A stretch of 60,702 bases of DNA, counting the filler, from Nemertoderma westbladi (lineage: Eukaryota; Animalia; Xenacoelomorpha), in the NCBI GenBank assembly GCA_032718475.1. It is 3 parts of 3 records of this genome, joined end to end, with 100 filler letters (N's around TTAATTAATTAA, not from the genome) between each part and the next. Parts side by side here need not be neighbours in the genome. Positions count along the whole stretch, not along the records: positions 23,978 to 45,765 come from JAUCBJ010005168.1; 2 more parts are not named here. One strand, 5' to 3'. The notes beneath the pieces were generated by a model. It ran no database searches and was not told where the DNA came from. It worked only from the letters and a program-made list of their open reading frames with translations. Positions 23,978 through 35,557 of this stretch are shown one piece after another (positions within the stretch are counted from its first letter, which is position 1; each line of letters starts with the position of its first letter). Position numbers and translations under genes: made by a program.

Positions 23978-24782
23978 ACTATTATCAACTGTCTCTAGAA
24001 TAAGATTGGAAATTTCATCACGACCCCTTAAATCGATTACCTGTACTTCAGGTATGTTGTTTGATTCATTAGATATTGGGGCAATCATTTCAATTTCATT
24101 AAATAGCGGCTCAAGATTCTCTTTCCCATCGTCTAAATCAAACAGGTCGAGTATTTTATTTTTACAACGTTTACGCGGTGGTGAACTATCACTATCTGTA
24201 TCACCATTAGAGGGCTGCAGGGACTTTGCTAAATCGTCATCGGTACAAAGATAAAGGACTATGTGCTTATACTGCTTGCCAATATTGTTCTTGAACAATT
24301 TCAAAACAAAGGGGGTTGGTTGATGTTCCTGGAATAATTTTCGATATTTCGCCATTGTCTAAGCACAGGCAATAAATCTTCCTTGAGTTAAAACAGTTTG
24401 GATTATAGACTTTCCACTTTTCTAATGCTTTACTAAGTATCTCTTCATATCCATCCGATTCCGACACCCGCAAAGGTAGTCGTTTACCTCGTTTCGATTT
24501 TAACTGTTCTGACATATCACACCACTCAAATAAACCAATTGTGATAACTACATCGGAAGAAGGCTTTGGCTTAGAAACAGTTTGTTTCCATTGCTTACCC
24601 TTTGCAGTCACATAATCATTTAATGACAGCACATGGGCTGGTCTTGGCATAACGTTTTCACCACTAATACTCGAAGGATTATTAATAGCTGTACTCGGGG
24701 AATCATAGTTCACGGGTGAACCACAGTATTTACAAAACATGTCTCCATCAACAAGATACTTTCCGCATTTCGTACAAAACAT
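23978..24782 (-). pseudogene. Zn-ribbon plus putative ubiquitin-like domain protein, frameshifted near 24310; resembles N-termini of G2E3/HECT-like repetitive proteins
   Basis: MFCTKCG...FCKYCG; ITIGL...LKSKRGKRLPLRV...EILSKALEK...IPGT, then in another frame FVLKLFKNNIGKQYKHIVLYLC; recalled similarity only. Confidence 0.45.
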
Positions 24783-25407
24783 TTTCCTTCATTTACAAGG
24801 AAAGCAAGAATACAAGGAAGAACAGCTTAACCTGTTAACACTAACAGTCCTATATCTAGGCCTAGGTACCATACCTAATCATTACCGAATTATGTCTAAC
24901 CTAACTGTATTAACCAAACAGACTTAATACCTACTACTGTACTATAGTTACAGTAGGCTACTCCAGCACTCTGCTGCTCTGGTACGTACTAGAGCGCAGT
25001 CCACTCCGTTACTACCTATTTTCTAATCCCTAATCAATCTATCAATACAGGTTCCGGCATCCAACAGTTCAAGTAAGATGATAGGGCTGTAGGGGCCTAA
25101 TCCAGTAATCTCTGAATCTAGTTCATAGTTAGCTCTATCATCTGTCTGTCTGTAGCTACATATAGTCATGGTACACTGGTACATGTACATGTCAAGGTAC
25201 ATGTAGCTCCTTGGATACTGGGATATTACCGAACCGGTACCGGTGAGTACATCAGTACTCTACTGCAGTATGTAATACAGTACCGGTATCGCAGCATCTA
25301 CAGGGTTACAGCTTAATTAATGTAACTCAATGTAACTCCACAACATGCAACTCTCTGACTTTTACAGCTTTCTGACTTCAACTTTCTGACTAATACTTTT
25401 TTATATT

Positions 25408-26790
25408 TTAATTTCTGCACTGGCTTCTTTGTATTTTGCCCTGCTCTTTGTTTTCTGCCTTGGCTTCTTTGTATTTTGCCCTGCTCTTTGTTTTCTGACC
25501 TGGCTTCTTTGTATTATTGTAGTGCAGAATAATGTCTGGTTTGTATTTTATCGCAACATCAACCTTAGTGTCGTGGTGCATTGAACTAATGAGCACAACA
25601 GCACGAGCTTTCTTGGGAACATAGCTAACCATGGTGAGGTTTCTATCGAATCCAAATGTAGATGATAATACCTCACGACTCCTATTTGGCAACATTGCCT
25701 TGGGGACATCCCTCCTGTTCTTTCTGATCGTCCCAACTAATGTGGTATCCACAGCAAGTAGATCTTCCGCCAATTTGCAATCCGTAAAGAAATTGTCACA
25801 TGTGACATTTTGCCCAGAACGTGTCCATGGTCTCGTTAGAGATTTCACCACGCTCACTCCAAGGCCTTGCGCTCTCTCTGCCCCAGGCTGTCGCCCCAGG
25901 TATATTTCACCGTTCAATGGGTATGAAGAACTGGCATCGCAATTCCAGAATATCTTCACCCCATACTTGCCTGGTTTGGAAGGAATATACTGGATGAAGG
26001 GGCAGCGACCACGAAATGAAACGAGTTGTTCATCGACTGTCATATCAAAGCCTGGTTGGTACATCAGTGGGAGCCTGGCTAAGAACATCTCCCAGACATC
26101 CCTGAAGGCAGCGAGCTTATCAGTTTCTTTACGTTCTGGGCGGGTGTTGATATTGTCGAACCGAGTGAATCGTAGAATGTCCTTGAACCACATCAATGAC
26201 ATGGTGGACCGAAATACTGGGCGGGATGACGGGCTCCAGAGTTCCTCAACAGATTCGTGGGCGGATTTGTATACCCCGGCCAAAAGCAGCAAACCGATAA
26301 AAGCCCGAATATCGGCCGAGTCAACACGCCCCCATACTTTTGGATCCCGTGCTGGATTAGCCGTATTCCAATCCAAAAGGACTTTCTGTGCGCGGCGATT
26401 TGTTTCACGGACAACAACCAAGATGATATCATCTGTTATGAAGAGATCATAACTCTCTGCGATTCCCTGTACTCGTCCCTGGCGACTAACTCCACTTGAT
26501 TGCTTTACCACATTACTTGAACTAGCCCGGACTGTAGCTGGCTGATTTGGCTCCGCATTCCACTCTCGACCACTCTTTGAAACGTATGTAATGCGACGCC
26601 GTTGTGTGGGTGGTTGGGGAATCGAAATTCCTAATTCATCGTCAACTGCAGCATCAGTTTCGCAATCTGAACTGTTGTCAGTGTCGGAACCAACAGCAAT
26701 GTCTGTTTCACACCCATAGTCGCTTTCATCAGGGCTATCTTCATCGGAAAGCAGATCATATCCATCAATCTCAGAGTCGGAGGAAGCCAT
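25408..26790 (-). CDS. piggyBac (PGBD4-like) transposase, C-terminally truncated
   Basis: Acidic N-terminus; MTVDEQLVSFRGRCPFIQYIPSKPGKYGVK; VTCDNFFT; homology ends at LHYNNTK, before the GGVD motif. Confidence 0.92.
   Translation of the reverse strand: MASSDSEIDGYDLLSDEDSPDESDYGCETDIAVGSDTDNSSDCETDAAVDDELGISIPQPPTQRRRITYVSKSGREWNAEPNQPATVRASSSNVVKQSSGVSRQGRVQGIAESYDLFITDDIILVVVRETNRRAQKVLLDWNTANPARDPKVWGRVDSADIRAFIGLLLLAGVYKSAHESVEELWSPSSRPVFRSTMSLMWFKDILRFTRFDNINTRPERKETDKLAAFRDVWEMFLARLPLMYQPGFDMTVDEQLVSFRGRCPFIQYIPSKPGKYGVKIFWNCDASSSYPLNGEIYLGRQPGAERAQGLGVSVVKSLTRPWTRSGQNVTCDNFFTDCKLAEDLLAVDTTLVGTIRKNRRDVPKAMLPNRSREVLSSTFGFDRNLTMVSYVPKKARAVVLISSMHHDTKVDVAIKYKPDIILHYNNTKKPGQKTKSRAKYKEAKAENKEQGKIQRSQCRN
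25421..25514. repeat. 40-bp tandem duplication (x2.3) at the transposase truncation point
   Basis: TGGCTTCTTTGTATT recurs at 25421, 25461 and 25501. Confidence 0.9.
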
Positions 26791-27848
26791 ACCGGTAGTA
26801 AGAATAATAGTAAGAACAGAACAGTATTGTAGGTACCTACTACTGGCTACTCAATATACTGAAGTAGCTAGGGCATAGGGCCTAACTGCACAATTATTGT
26901 ATTTCCGGTACTGGTATGGGTAGGCGATTAGTAATATGAGTACCGGTATGGTTTATTACTATAGATAGGCCTAATTTAGCAGTACTCAACTGCGTTTTGA
27001 TTGGGGTAAATATTTACCCCAGGTTAACTTTTGGGACAACTTTTGAAAACGTTGATTTTAACCATGGACCCCCCGCAGTTTCCAAAATTATTTTTGTGCT
27101 GTCGTGTAGGCCAGTAAAAGTTAGGAAAGTACCTAGGAGCTCAGGTTGTCAAATATTTCCATTCCAAGATAAAAACGCAATTAAACAGTGCTGGGGTAAT
27201 TTTTTACCCCAAGTATACTGACGAAGGTTAATGGAGAACGCATTGCCAGCACACATACCCCTGTATGAGAGCATACCGCAACTGTTATTAACAACATTTA
27301 TAAGTAGTTTTTAATTTTTAAGCATCCTGTTTGTTAAACAAACTACCCCGGCCTAACCAATAAAGACACAAACTGCTCTATTTACTAGACGGGGCAATCA
27401 GGAGCGTATAATTGCTAATGTAGGGCTGCTAAATACAAAACCGCTACTCACCGTTAGATGGCGCTAACCTGCCGTCCGCTAATATATTTCCTAATTTTCT
27501 ACGGCTCCTGCTAATTTCTTGTTCCTTTCTCTACCGATTACTCGATAGAGAGCTAACTGTTCGAATATATGAGCCACGCGGGAATAACCAATACAATACA
27601 AAATAATAATTCTAACTTAAATATACAAAATAATCCTAATTCTAAATTAAATATACAAAATAATAACCCTAACTTAAACGCACAAAATAATCCAAATAAA
27701 ATAATTTAAATTCAAACGAACAAAATAATCCTAATTTTAATTTAAATATACAAAATAATTTAAATAATGATCCGAATTCCGAACAAAATAATTTAAATAA
27801 TTCAAATAATTTAGACGGTAATATTTTTGATCTAACGGTGCTATTAAT

Positions 27849-30800
27849 ATGAACGCAGCAAACGTAGGTGGTCCGACCAGCGGGAGCCTGCAAGGCCACG
27901 TAGTTAGTACGCAGGGAGTAGCGGGGGTGAGTCACCCCGACGGGAGCCTGCAAGGCCACATAGTTGGGCAGGGAGGAGCGGGGGTGAGTCAACCTGACGG
28001 GAGCCTGCAAGGCCACGCAGTAGTAGAGGGTGAGGCGGGGGTGAATAGACCCAGCCGCAGTAGAGATAGTGCGTCGACTAGAGAGGGGCGTAGAAGCGAA
28101 GTAGGAGATAGTGAAGTAATAGGTGGCGAGTGGGGGGGGGGGGGGGGGGCTACAGGCACCCCACCACGGGAGATTAGTGGCGGGAGGGGGGGGGGGGCAG
28201 AGAATGTCCCACGAGCGTCGGCGGATAATGCGCAGGGCGAGTCAGGTGAACCGCAGCACCCGGCGACGGAGAATAGCAGGGGGATTACAAATATCCCCAG
28301 CAGCGTCCAACCGGCTAGAGGGAGAGAGGTTGGCGTCATGAGCGGTCGAGCGACAAGACGTCGAGCCCACTCGGAAGACGGAAGAAGAACAGTGGAGTTT
28401 AACCGGGAGGTCGAAGAGAGATCTCGTGAGCGGGAACGCTACACTGAAGAGAGAAGAAGTGAAGAGAATAGAAGAAGCATTGCTACGAGCGACGGGAGAG
28501 CGAGGACAGATAGCGAGCCGTCGGTAGTAGAGATGGAGTTGGAGAGTCAGTGGTGTTGAACTCCGGGAGATTGCCGTCGCTCCGGAGAGACACAGCCTGG
28601 CGAGATATACTATACGCCGGGAGAGGGGTACAGGATGTACCGATACGAGGACGAGAACAGGAGAGGGGATCGAAGAGAAACTTCCCGACGGGATATACCT
28701 GCCGATCGAGAGTACGGTAGTCGCGGGGAGGACTTCTTGGAATATTCGAGAAGATTAAACTTCGGTCCGGAAGGACACAGGCAGACTGCAGGACATACTG
28801 TAGGCCTTACTGCACATACTATAGGCCATGCTGGGAGAGATAGTGTAGGCGATAGGGTAGCGTGAACAACGGGATTAGATCCGGAAGTCGCGGCCTACAT
28901 ACCGGTAGGCAGGCAAGAAGTAGATAGGCCTATACCAGTACCAGCACAGCAGTATGACTATAATATGCAGGGACATAACATATATCCAGGGGAGGGGAGA
29001 GTTATTGCAGATAGGTGTATGGGCCCCATTATATTAACATAAACCCCAGTACCAAACATAACACAGGTGGGGGGGAGGACAGGGTGACATTCTCCCATTA
29101 CAATATCAACAATACACTCAACCGGGAATGAGAACATCGAACCCCCTGGACCAGAATAGGTCATGCGACATGGAGATATGGAGGGGGCCGTTGCCCCCAA
29201 TGATATATCTGACACAGAAAAGATCGACAGGCCCGACGGGTGGACCGCACACAACAGGAGAATCTGTACAGCATCCCTCGAACCCATTGGAAGCACAGGC
29301 GATGGGAATGGCAACACTTATCGATGCGCTCAAGACCAGGATCGAGCTACCACCAGTTGAGCCATTTAAATTCGACGGAAGCAAACCGGAAGAATACCTG
29401 CAATTCCAACGCATATACAGCAACGAAATATTAACTAAGAACCTGACGCAGGCGGAGTGCCTAAAATATTTACAGGTATACACAGGAGGCCCAGCGTACG
29501 ACATTGTGAGGCAGTATCAGGGCATCGAGGGTGGCTTCACGACTGCATGGCGGGCCCTAGACAGGGAATACGGACACCCAGCCAAGATCATCTGGCTGAC
29601 CCTTAGGGGAATAACATCGGGTGGCCTATAAGATAACCCTGTTAGTATAAAGACCTTCGCGAATAAGGTCGAGAAGGCGTTAATCGTGCTGAAGATGCTA
29701 GACGCGCCATACGAACTCAACGCATCTAATAACATCACCATGATAGCGCAGGCACTGCCAATCTGGCTACGCAACAAATGGAGGAAGATCGCCTTCTCCA
29801 CCCGGGAGAAGGTGCGGAACCGGGCCTAGAGGTAATGTCGAACTTCCTCAATTACGAAGCGGAGTTGATCACGGACCCAGTCTATAGCGAGGATAGTCTG
29901 GGGAGGGCGCCAAAGACCGAATATAACAGGCCGAAACCGGAACATAATGTGGCAAATGCATTACCAAAGCTTAGACAATCGCTGCCATACACGGCGACGC
30001 AAGGGACTGCTAGTCCACATATAGCCGGGGGTAGGGCCACACCATGGCATGGACAGGGGCATAATAACAACACAAATAAATATAACCCCAACACGCCCAG
30101 TAGGCCAAACCCAAACGATAAGCACAGTAGGGAACTAGGCATGAACGTGAGTGCGATACGTAGCGCACTGTATAGGGACGGCTATAATCCAGGAAACAAA
30201 TGCCAATTACATTGGAATGCACTTCATCAGACCATGAACTGCAGGTACTGGAAAGCGTTGCCCAAACAAGATCAGATAGAATACGCAAGGAAGAGTGGAA
30301 TCTGTCATCGATGTGTGGCGGGTGGACACAAGGCTGAGCAATGCAAAGAAACATCAATTAAGTTTGGTCAAGGCAAAGGGCAGACGATGGCGACAAGCAC
30401 TGTAGGAGCAAAGAGAAGGGGAACGGTACTACTCGGGGTAGTGCCAGTGAGGGTAATGGGTGAAGGCGGTCGATCAGTTACTACGTTGATGCTGATCGAC
30501 AGCGGAGCAGCCTTCACATTGGTGAAGAATTGGGTGGCCGAGGAGATAGGGTTACAGACAAGGCCAAGCAGGATGGTGGTAACTACCATCTCCAGCAAGG
30601 ATGAGGTCCTGGAGATGAGAACAGGAAGGTGCGAGATATCAGTGATAGCACCGGGATGTGACTATGGGGCGACCATCGACCCCATCCAGGTATTAGAATC
30701 GATCAATATAAATGCCAGGCGACCAACTAACATCGAGGTCGAGCAATACAGATTCCTGGACAATATCGATTTCTTGATACTGGAGGTGGATGTCAGGAAG

Positions 30801-31280
30801 GTATCCATCATAGTGGGAATGGACTGCCCGACGGCCCACGAGAGAGTACAGACGATCTTCAGGGAGGACAGACAGCGTGATCCGATGGCAATTCTCACAC
30901 CATTCGGATGGACGCTAAGCGGCCCAATCAAAACCAAAATTCCATTTAGGATGTCGGAGACATCATGGTGCATGTTCGCAGGAACCATGAGGGAGATGGA
31001 AGATGAAGGAGTGGAGGAACAGCTGAAGAGACTGTTAAGACAGGACTTTGAAGGACTGAAGGAGACTGGGGTCGGAACCTCGGTAGAGGATAAACAGGCA
31101 GTACAGAGTGTGAAGGAGTCAATGAGGTGCGACGAGGGACGGTACACCATAGGCATGGTGTGGAAACAACCGAAGTTACTGTTGCCTGACAACAAGAGGA
31201 TGGTACTCACGAGGCTTCGCAAACTGAAGCAAACGCTCAAGCGGAGCCCCGAGAAGGATGAGTCATTCATAGGACGATAA
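27849..31280 (+). pseudogene. E2 gag plus protease (fragments)
   Basis: LPPVEPFKFDGSKPEEY; CQLHWNALHQTMNC; CHRCVAGGHKAEQC; LIDSGAAFT; three GSLQGH tandem repeats (57-60 bp) at 27880-28030. Confidence 0.9.
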
Positions 31281-33130
31281 AGAAGTACCTCGAAAAAGGA
31301 TGGGCCATGGAGTTGCCGGTCGACGAACCAAACACGGACAGGACCTACTAGCTGCCACTCCATGTGGCTTTAGACCAAAAGAAGGGTAAACTGCGGATGG
31401 TGGTTGACGCATCGGCTAAAACCAATGGCAAGAGCATAAACGACTATCTGCTGGAGGGCCCCAATATCTACAACTCGGGGATAGAGGTCTTGTTGACATT
31501 TAGGAATGGGAGGCACGCCTTCACGTGCGACATCGAAGGCATGTTCAACCAAGTCCGTGTGACGGAGGAGGACAGTGACAGCCAGCGCTTCCTATGGTAC
31601 AATGGCGACGAGGAACCGTCGGCGATACCGATGTACAAAATGGTGGTGCAGAACATGGGGGCCAAGTCGTCCTCATTCACGACGACTATGGCTATTAGAG
31701 ATACGGTAGAGGGGAAAGAGGGAAAGTACAGTGCCAGAGCGATCGACATGATTCGACGCGGCTTCTATGTAGACGACAGGATGGAATCTGGAAATACGGC
31801 TAAATAATTACTGGAGACAGGGCGAGAGGTTCGCGACATCCTGAAAGGATCCGGATTTAACCTGACTAAGTTCCAGTCCAGCTCTAAGGAGTTCATGAAC
31901 GCCATAGAGGACAGGCGGCCAGAGTCAACCATGGACAACCCCACAACAGCCAAGGTACAGGACATGGCAAACAAGAGAATGGAGTCTCAGCAGAAGGCGC
32001 TGGGGATCGTGTGGAACCGGGAGACGGACGAGTTCAAGTACCAACTGAGCCAGGAGGGAGCGGAGATCCACACAAAGAGAGGCTATGTATCATACATAGC
32101 AATGATATACGATCCATTAGGCCTAGCATCCCCATTGTTAGTCACGGGGAAACAGATACTAAAGAAAGTATATAAGTTAAAGGACGAGTGGGATACGGAG
32201 GTCCCAGAAGAAATTAGCAAGCAATGGAGTAAGTGGATGGGGAGTTTAGAACAGATGGGGACGTGTATTTCGGGACGCGTGTATTTCCGGACGGGGAAAT
32301 GACAGATCTGGACCTACACATGTTCTCCGATGCATCATTGGAAGCATACGGAGCGGCACTCTACCTGGTACAGCAAAAGGGGGCTCATAAGCCCAGACTT
32401 GCATTCAGTAAAGCAAAGTCGACGCCACCAGATTCAGTGTCAGTCCCGAAACTCGAGTTGACAGCTGCGAGATTAGGAGTAAGGGCCACAGCCTACTTGA
32501 TGGACACTATACCCAACATAGTGGAGACACACTACTGGACGGACTCCATGGTGGTGCTCAGGTGGCTGCACAACGAGAAGACGAGATACCCTATATTCGT
32601 CGTGAATAGGGTAGATTAAATAAGGGTGACAACAGACTTGGAAAGGTGGCACTACTGCCCTACAGACGAGAACCCAGCAGACTTGTTATCGAGGGGCGTG
32701 GCACGCCACATTTTCTCAAAGAAGGAGGTGTTGTGGCAGCACGGGCCACACTTCCTGAATGATAGATTGGCCTGGCCACCAATGAAGAAGGTGGACCCGG
32801 GCTCAGAGGAAGTAGCACTGGAAGGAGAAGATTCAGAAGGAGAAGAGATATATAGTCAAATGGTGAGGGAGGTCAAGGAGGTGCAACCAAAATCAGAAGA
32901 GCCATGCGACAACCCGACGGATAGGTTACTCAACTACAGCTCCAGCTGGTATAAGACCAAGAAGTTGGTAGCGTACTGGAGGGCCTACGGGGATTTCCTC
33001 AAGGGAGTTGGCAAGGACGCCAAGAGGAAACCAAACATTGACCTGGAGGGAGCGGCCAAGGCCGTGACACGGTACGAACAGAGAAGGAACTACGCCGACG
33101 AAGTGGATCGAGTTAGCAAGCAACAACATC
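31281..33130 (+). pseudogene. E2 RT and RNase H (fragments)
   Basis: KLRMVVDASA, AFTCDIEGMFNQV, FYVDD, YDPLGLASP, LHMFSDAS, SVPKLELTAA, WHYCPTDENPADLLSRG. Confidence 0.95.
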
Positions 33131-34376
33131 TTCATCAGGACAGCGAGCACATCGCGCTGTCCCCACAACTAAACGAAGATGGGATTCTGGTGATGAACTC
33201 CAGAGTGCTGAATAACAACAGCCTAATCATCCCACCAAAACCCATTATCATTCCCAACAGATCGCCGATAGTCCACCAGATCATTTGGGACTCCCACGAG
33301 TCGATATTACACGGAGGCACCAACCAGACTCTCACAGAGATACGGAGGACCTTCTGGATCACGCAGCTAAGGAAGAAGGTGAAGGCGGTAGTGCCAGACC
33401 TGCCGACGGACGAGAAAGGAGAGGGCCGTACAGGAGATGGCGCCATTACTGGCCAGTAGGGTGAGACAGCACGGCCCGCCATTCACGCACTACGGCGTAG
33501 ACAAGTTCGGGCCGATTAAGATCAAGGTGATGCGACAGACAGAGAAACGCTACGGCATCATCTTTGTATGTAACAACACGAGGGCGGTAGGAATAGAACT
33601 TGCCCAGGACGCTACGGCATCGGCATTCATTAATGCCTTAGAGAGATTTAGAGACCGCAAAGCTGGAACGATCGCAGTGATCTATTCCGACAATGGGACC
33701 AACTTTGTGGGAGCAGAGAACGAGTTGGCAGAGGCCTTTGACATCCAAGAGGGAGACAATGTCAGGGCAGCCATGAGGAGGCGACAGGTGAAATGGGAAA
33801 GGAGGACGCCGTATGCGCCACAGGCTTGTGGGTAGTTCCAAGCATCTGATGACAAAGTTGATGAATTCCCACATGGTTACAGAGGACATACTAAGAACGG
33901 TGCTAGCTAAGTGTGAGGGAATCATTAATAGCAGACCGTTATACCCGGAGAATGACGACCTGGAATCACTAGACGTGCTGACACCGAGCCACTTTCTGAT
34001 GGAAAGGCCGGCGACCATCGACATGCGGGGTGTAGACCCAGGTGACATACACTCCCGACAGAGTTGGAAAGTCGCCAAGGCGATAAGCGCCGAGTACTGG
34101 AGGAGGTGGGTCGAGGAATACCTACCCACATTACATAGGAGGAGCAAGTGGAGAAACATCACTAGAGAGTTAAAGAAAGGTGACTTGGTGATCGTCACTG
34201 ACGACACAATCATCAATAACCAGTGGAGACTAGCGAGAGTAGTAGACACTTACCCCGACGAGGACGGAAGAGTCCGATCAGTAGAAGTGCGGATAGGGGG
34301 TAAGATAGGAGCAAAGGACAGGAAGAGGTACAGGAGGGCTGTAGGGAAGTGCTGCCTATTAGAAGGGGCACCATAG
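33131..34376 (+). pseudogene. E2 integrase
   Basis: SHESILHGG, GVDKFGP, YSDNGTNFVGA, INSRPL, LTPSHFL, WRRWVEEYLPTL, DGRVRSVEV. Confidence 0.95.
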
Positions 34377-34582
34377 TTTAGTCGTCCAAGTGTTGGACTG
34401 AGGGGGTGGGATTGAGGGCGAGACACCCTTCCCATACAAAATATAAAAAAAAATAAAAAATAATAAAATAAAGTAGTAGAAATAAATAGAAAGTTAGAAA
34501 GAGAAAGTAATAGTAGATAGTACGTAGTAGTAAGTAAGTAGGCAGATAGAAGTATAGGGAGTGTGGTATATAAACATACCAC

Positions 34583-34965
34583 GAGAGTAAGAGGGTATAT
34601 AGTACCGTTAGTAGAGTTAGAGAGTAAGAGGGTACATAGTACTGTTAGTAGAGTTAGAGAGTAAGAGGGTATATAGTACCATTAGTAGAGTTAGAGAGTA
34701 AGAGGATACATAGTACCGTTAGTAGATTTAAAGTTAGAGAGTTAGTAGAGTTAGAGTATAAGAGGGTACATAGTACCGTTAGTAGAGTTAGAGAGTAAGA
34801 TGGTACATAGAACTGTTAGTAGAGTTAGAGAGTAGGAGGGTACATAGTACCGTTAGTAGAGTTAGAGTTAGAGAGTTAGTAGAGTTAGAGAGTTAGAGAG
34901 TTGGAGAATTAGTAGAGTTAGTATAGTTAGTAGAGTCAGCAGAACTAGTAGAGTTAGTAGTAAGA
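34583..34965 (+). repeat. ~37-bp purine-rich tandem repeat (AGTAGAGTTAGAGAGTAAGAGGGTACATAGTACCGTT) in the E2 pol-ORF3 spacer
   Basis: About 7 copies plus short AGAGTT sub-repeats. Confidence 0.9.
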
Positions 34966-35557
34966 GAGTGGAGAGTATGATATGTAAATATATCATAGGA
35001 ATAGTGGTGATAGGGTACGTAGTACCGTAGGGGCCATGGGCATGGAAAGCGCCATGAAAGTGAGAGAGGGGCACGTGGGTACAGTAGGATAGACCGTGTA
35101 GTCCGCACGAGACAGACTACTGTACTGAACAGCCCGTAGAGTAGGTTAGAATGTTTGATACAGGGCTAGGAGGCTACCTGGTGCAGACTAGCACAGTAGA
35201 GAATAGCTAGTCTACTCTGTATGTAAACTATAGGGGTTATCTAGGCAGAAATAACCCACTATGAGTATTAATAGCACATTAATAGGATTAAAATTAATAT
35301 TAAAATAAAAATTCTAACAAATTATGGTAACAGTAGGAGGGAAATTCTAGAACATAATAAAAGTAACTGAGAAATTTGGGGAATTTAGGAAAATTAGCAC
35401 TTTGGGGGGTACATAGGTCAAAATATAGTACAAAACTTAGTGTTCTGAGAGAGATAGGCCATTACCGATCCATACAGACCACCTTAATAACGTCACTCAT
35501 TTATTTTGAGCCTTGGCAAGGCACCACCAAGTGGGTGAGCGATCGGGGGTGTTCGTA

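Larger units (their letters stand above)
25408..27227 (-). mobile_element. piggyBac transposon, one end intact, 3' truncated
   Basis: TTAA (27228-27231) followed on the minus strand by CCTTCGTCAGTATACTTGGGGTAAAAAATTACCCC; second palindrome GGGGTAAATATTTACCCC at ~27003. Confidence 0.9.

Noticed and set aside
25631-26452. 273-aa antisense ORF, and similar antisense ORFs over gag/pol, LINE and GLDC
   Set aside because: Shadow frames of real coding sequence with no motifs
27232-27600. 5' LTR of E2
   Set aside because: No match by eye to the sequence starting at 38503 and no clear PBS
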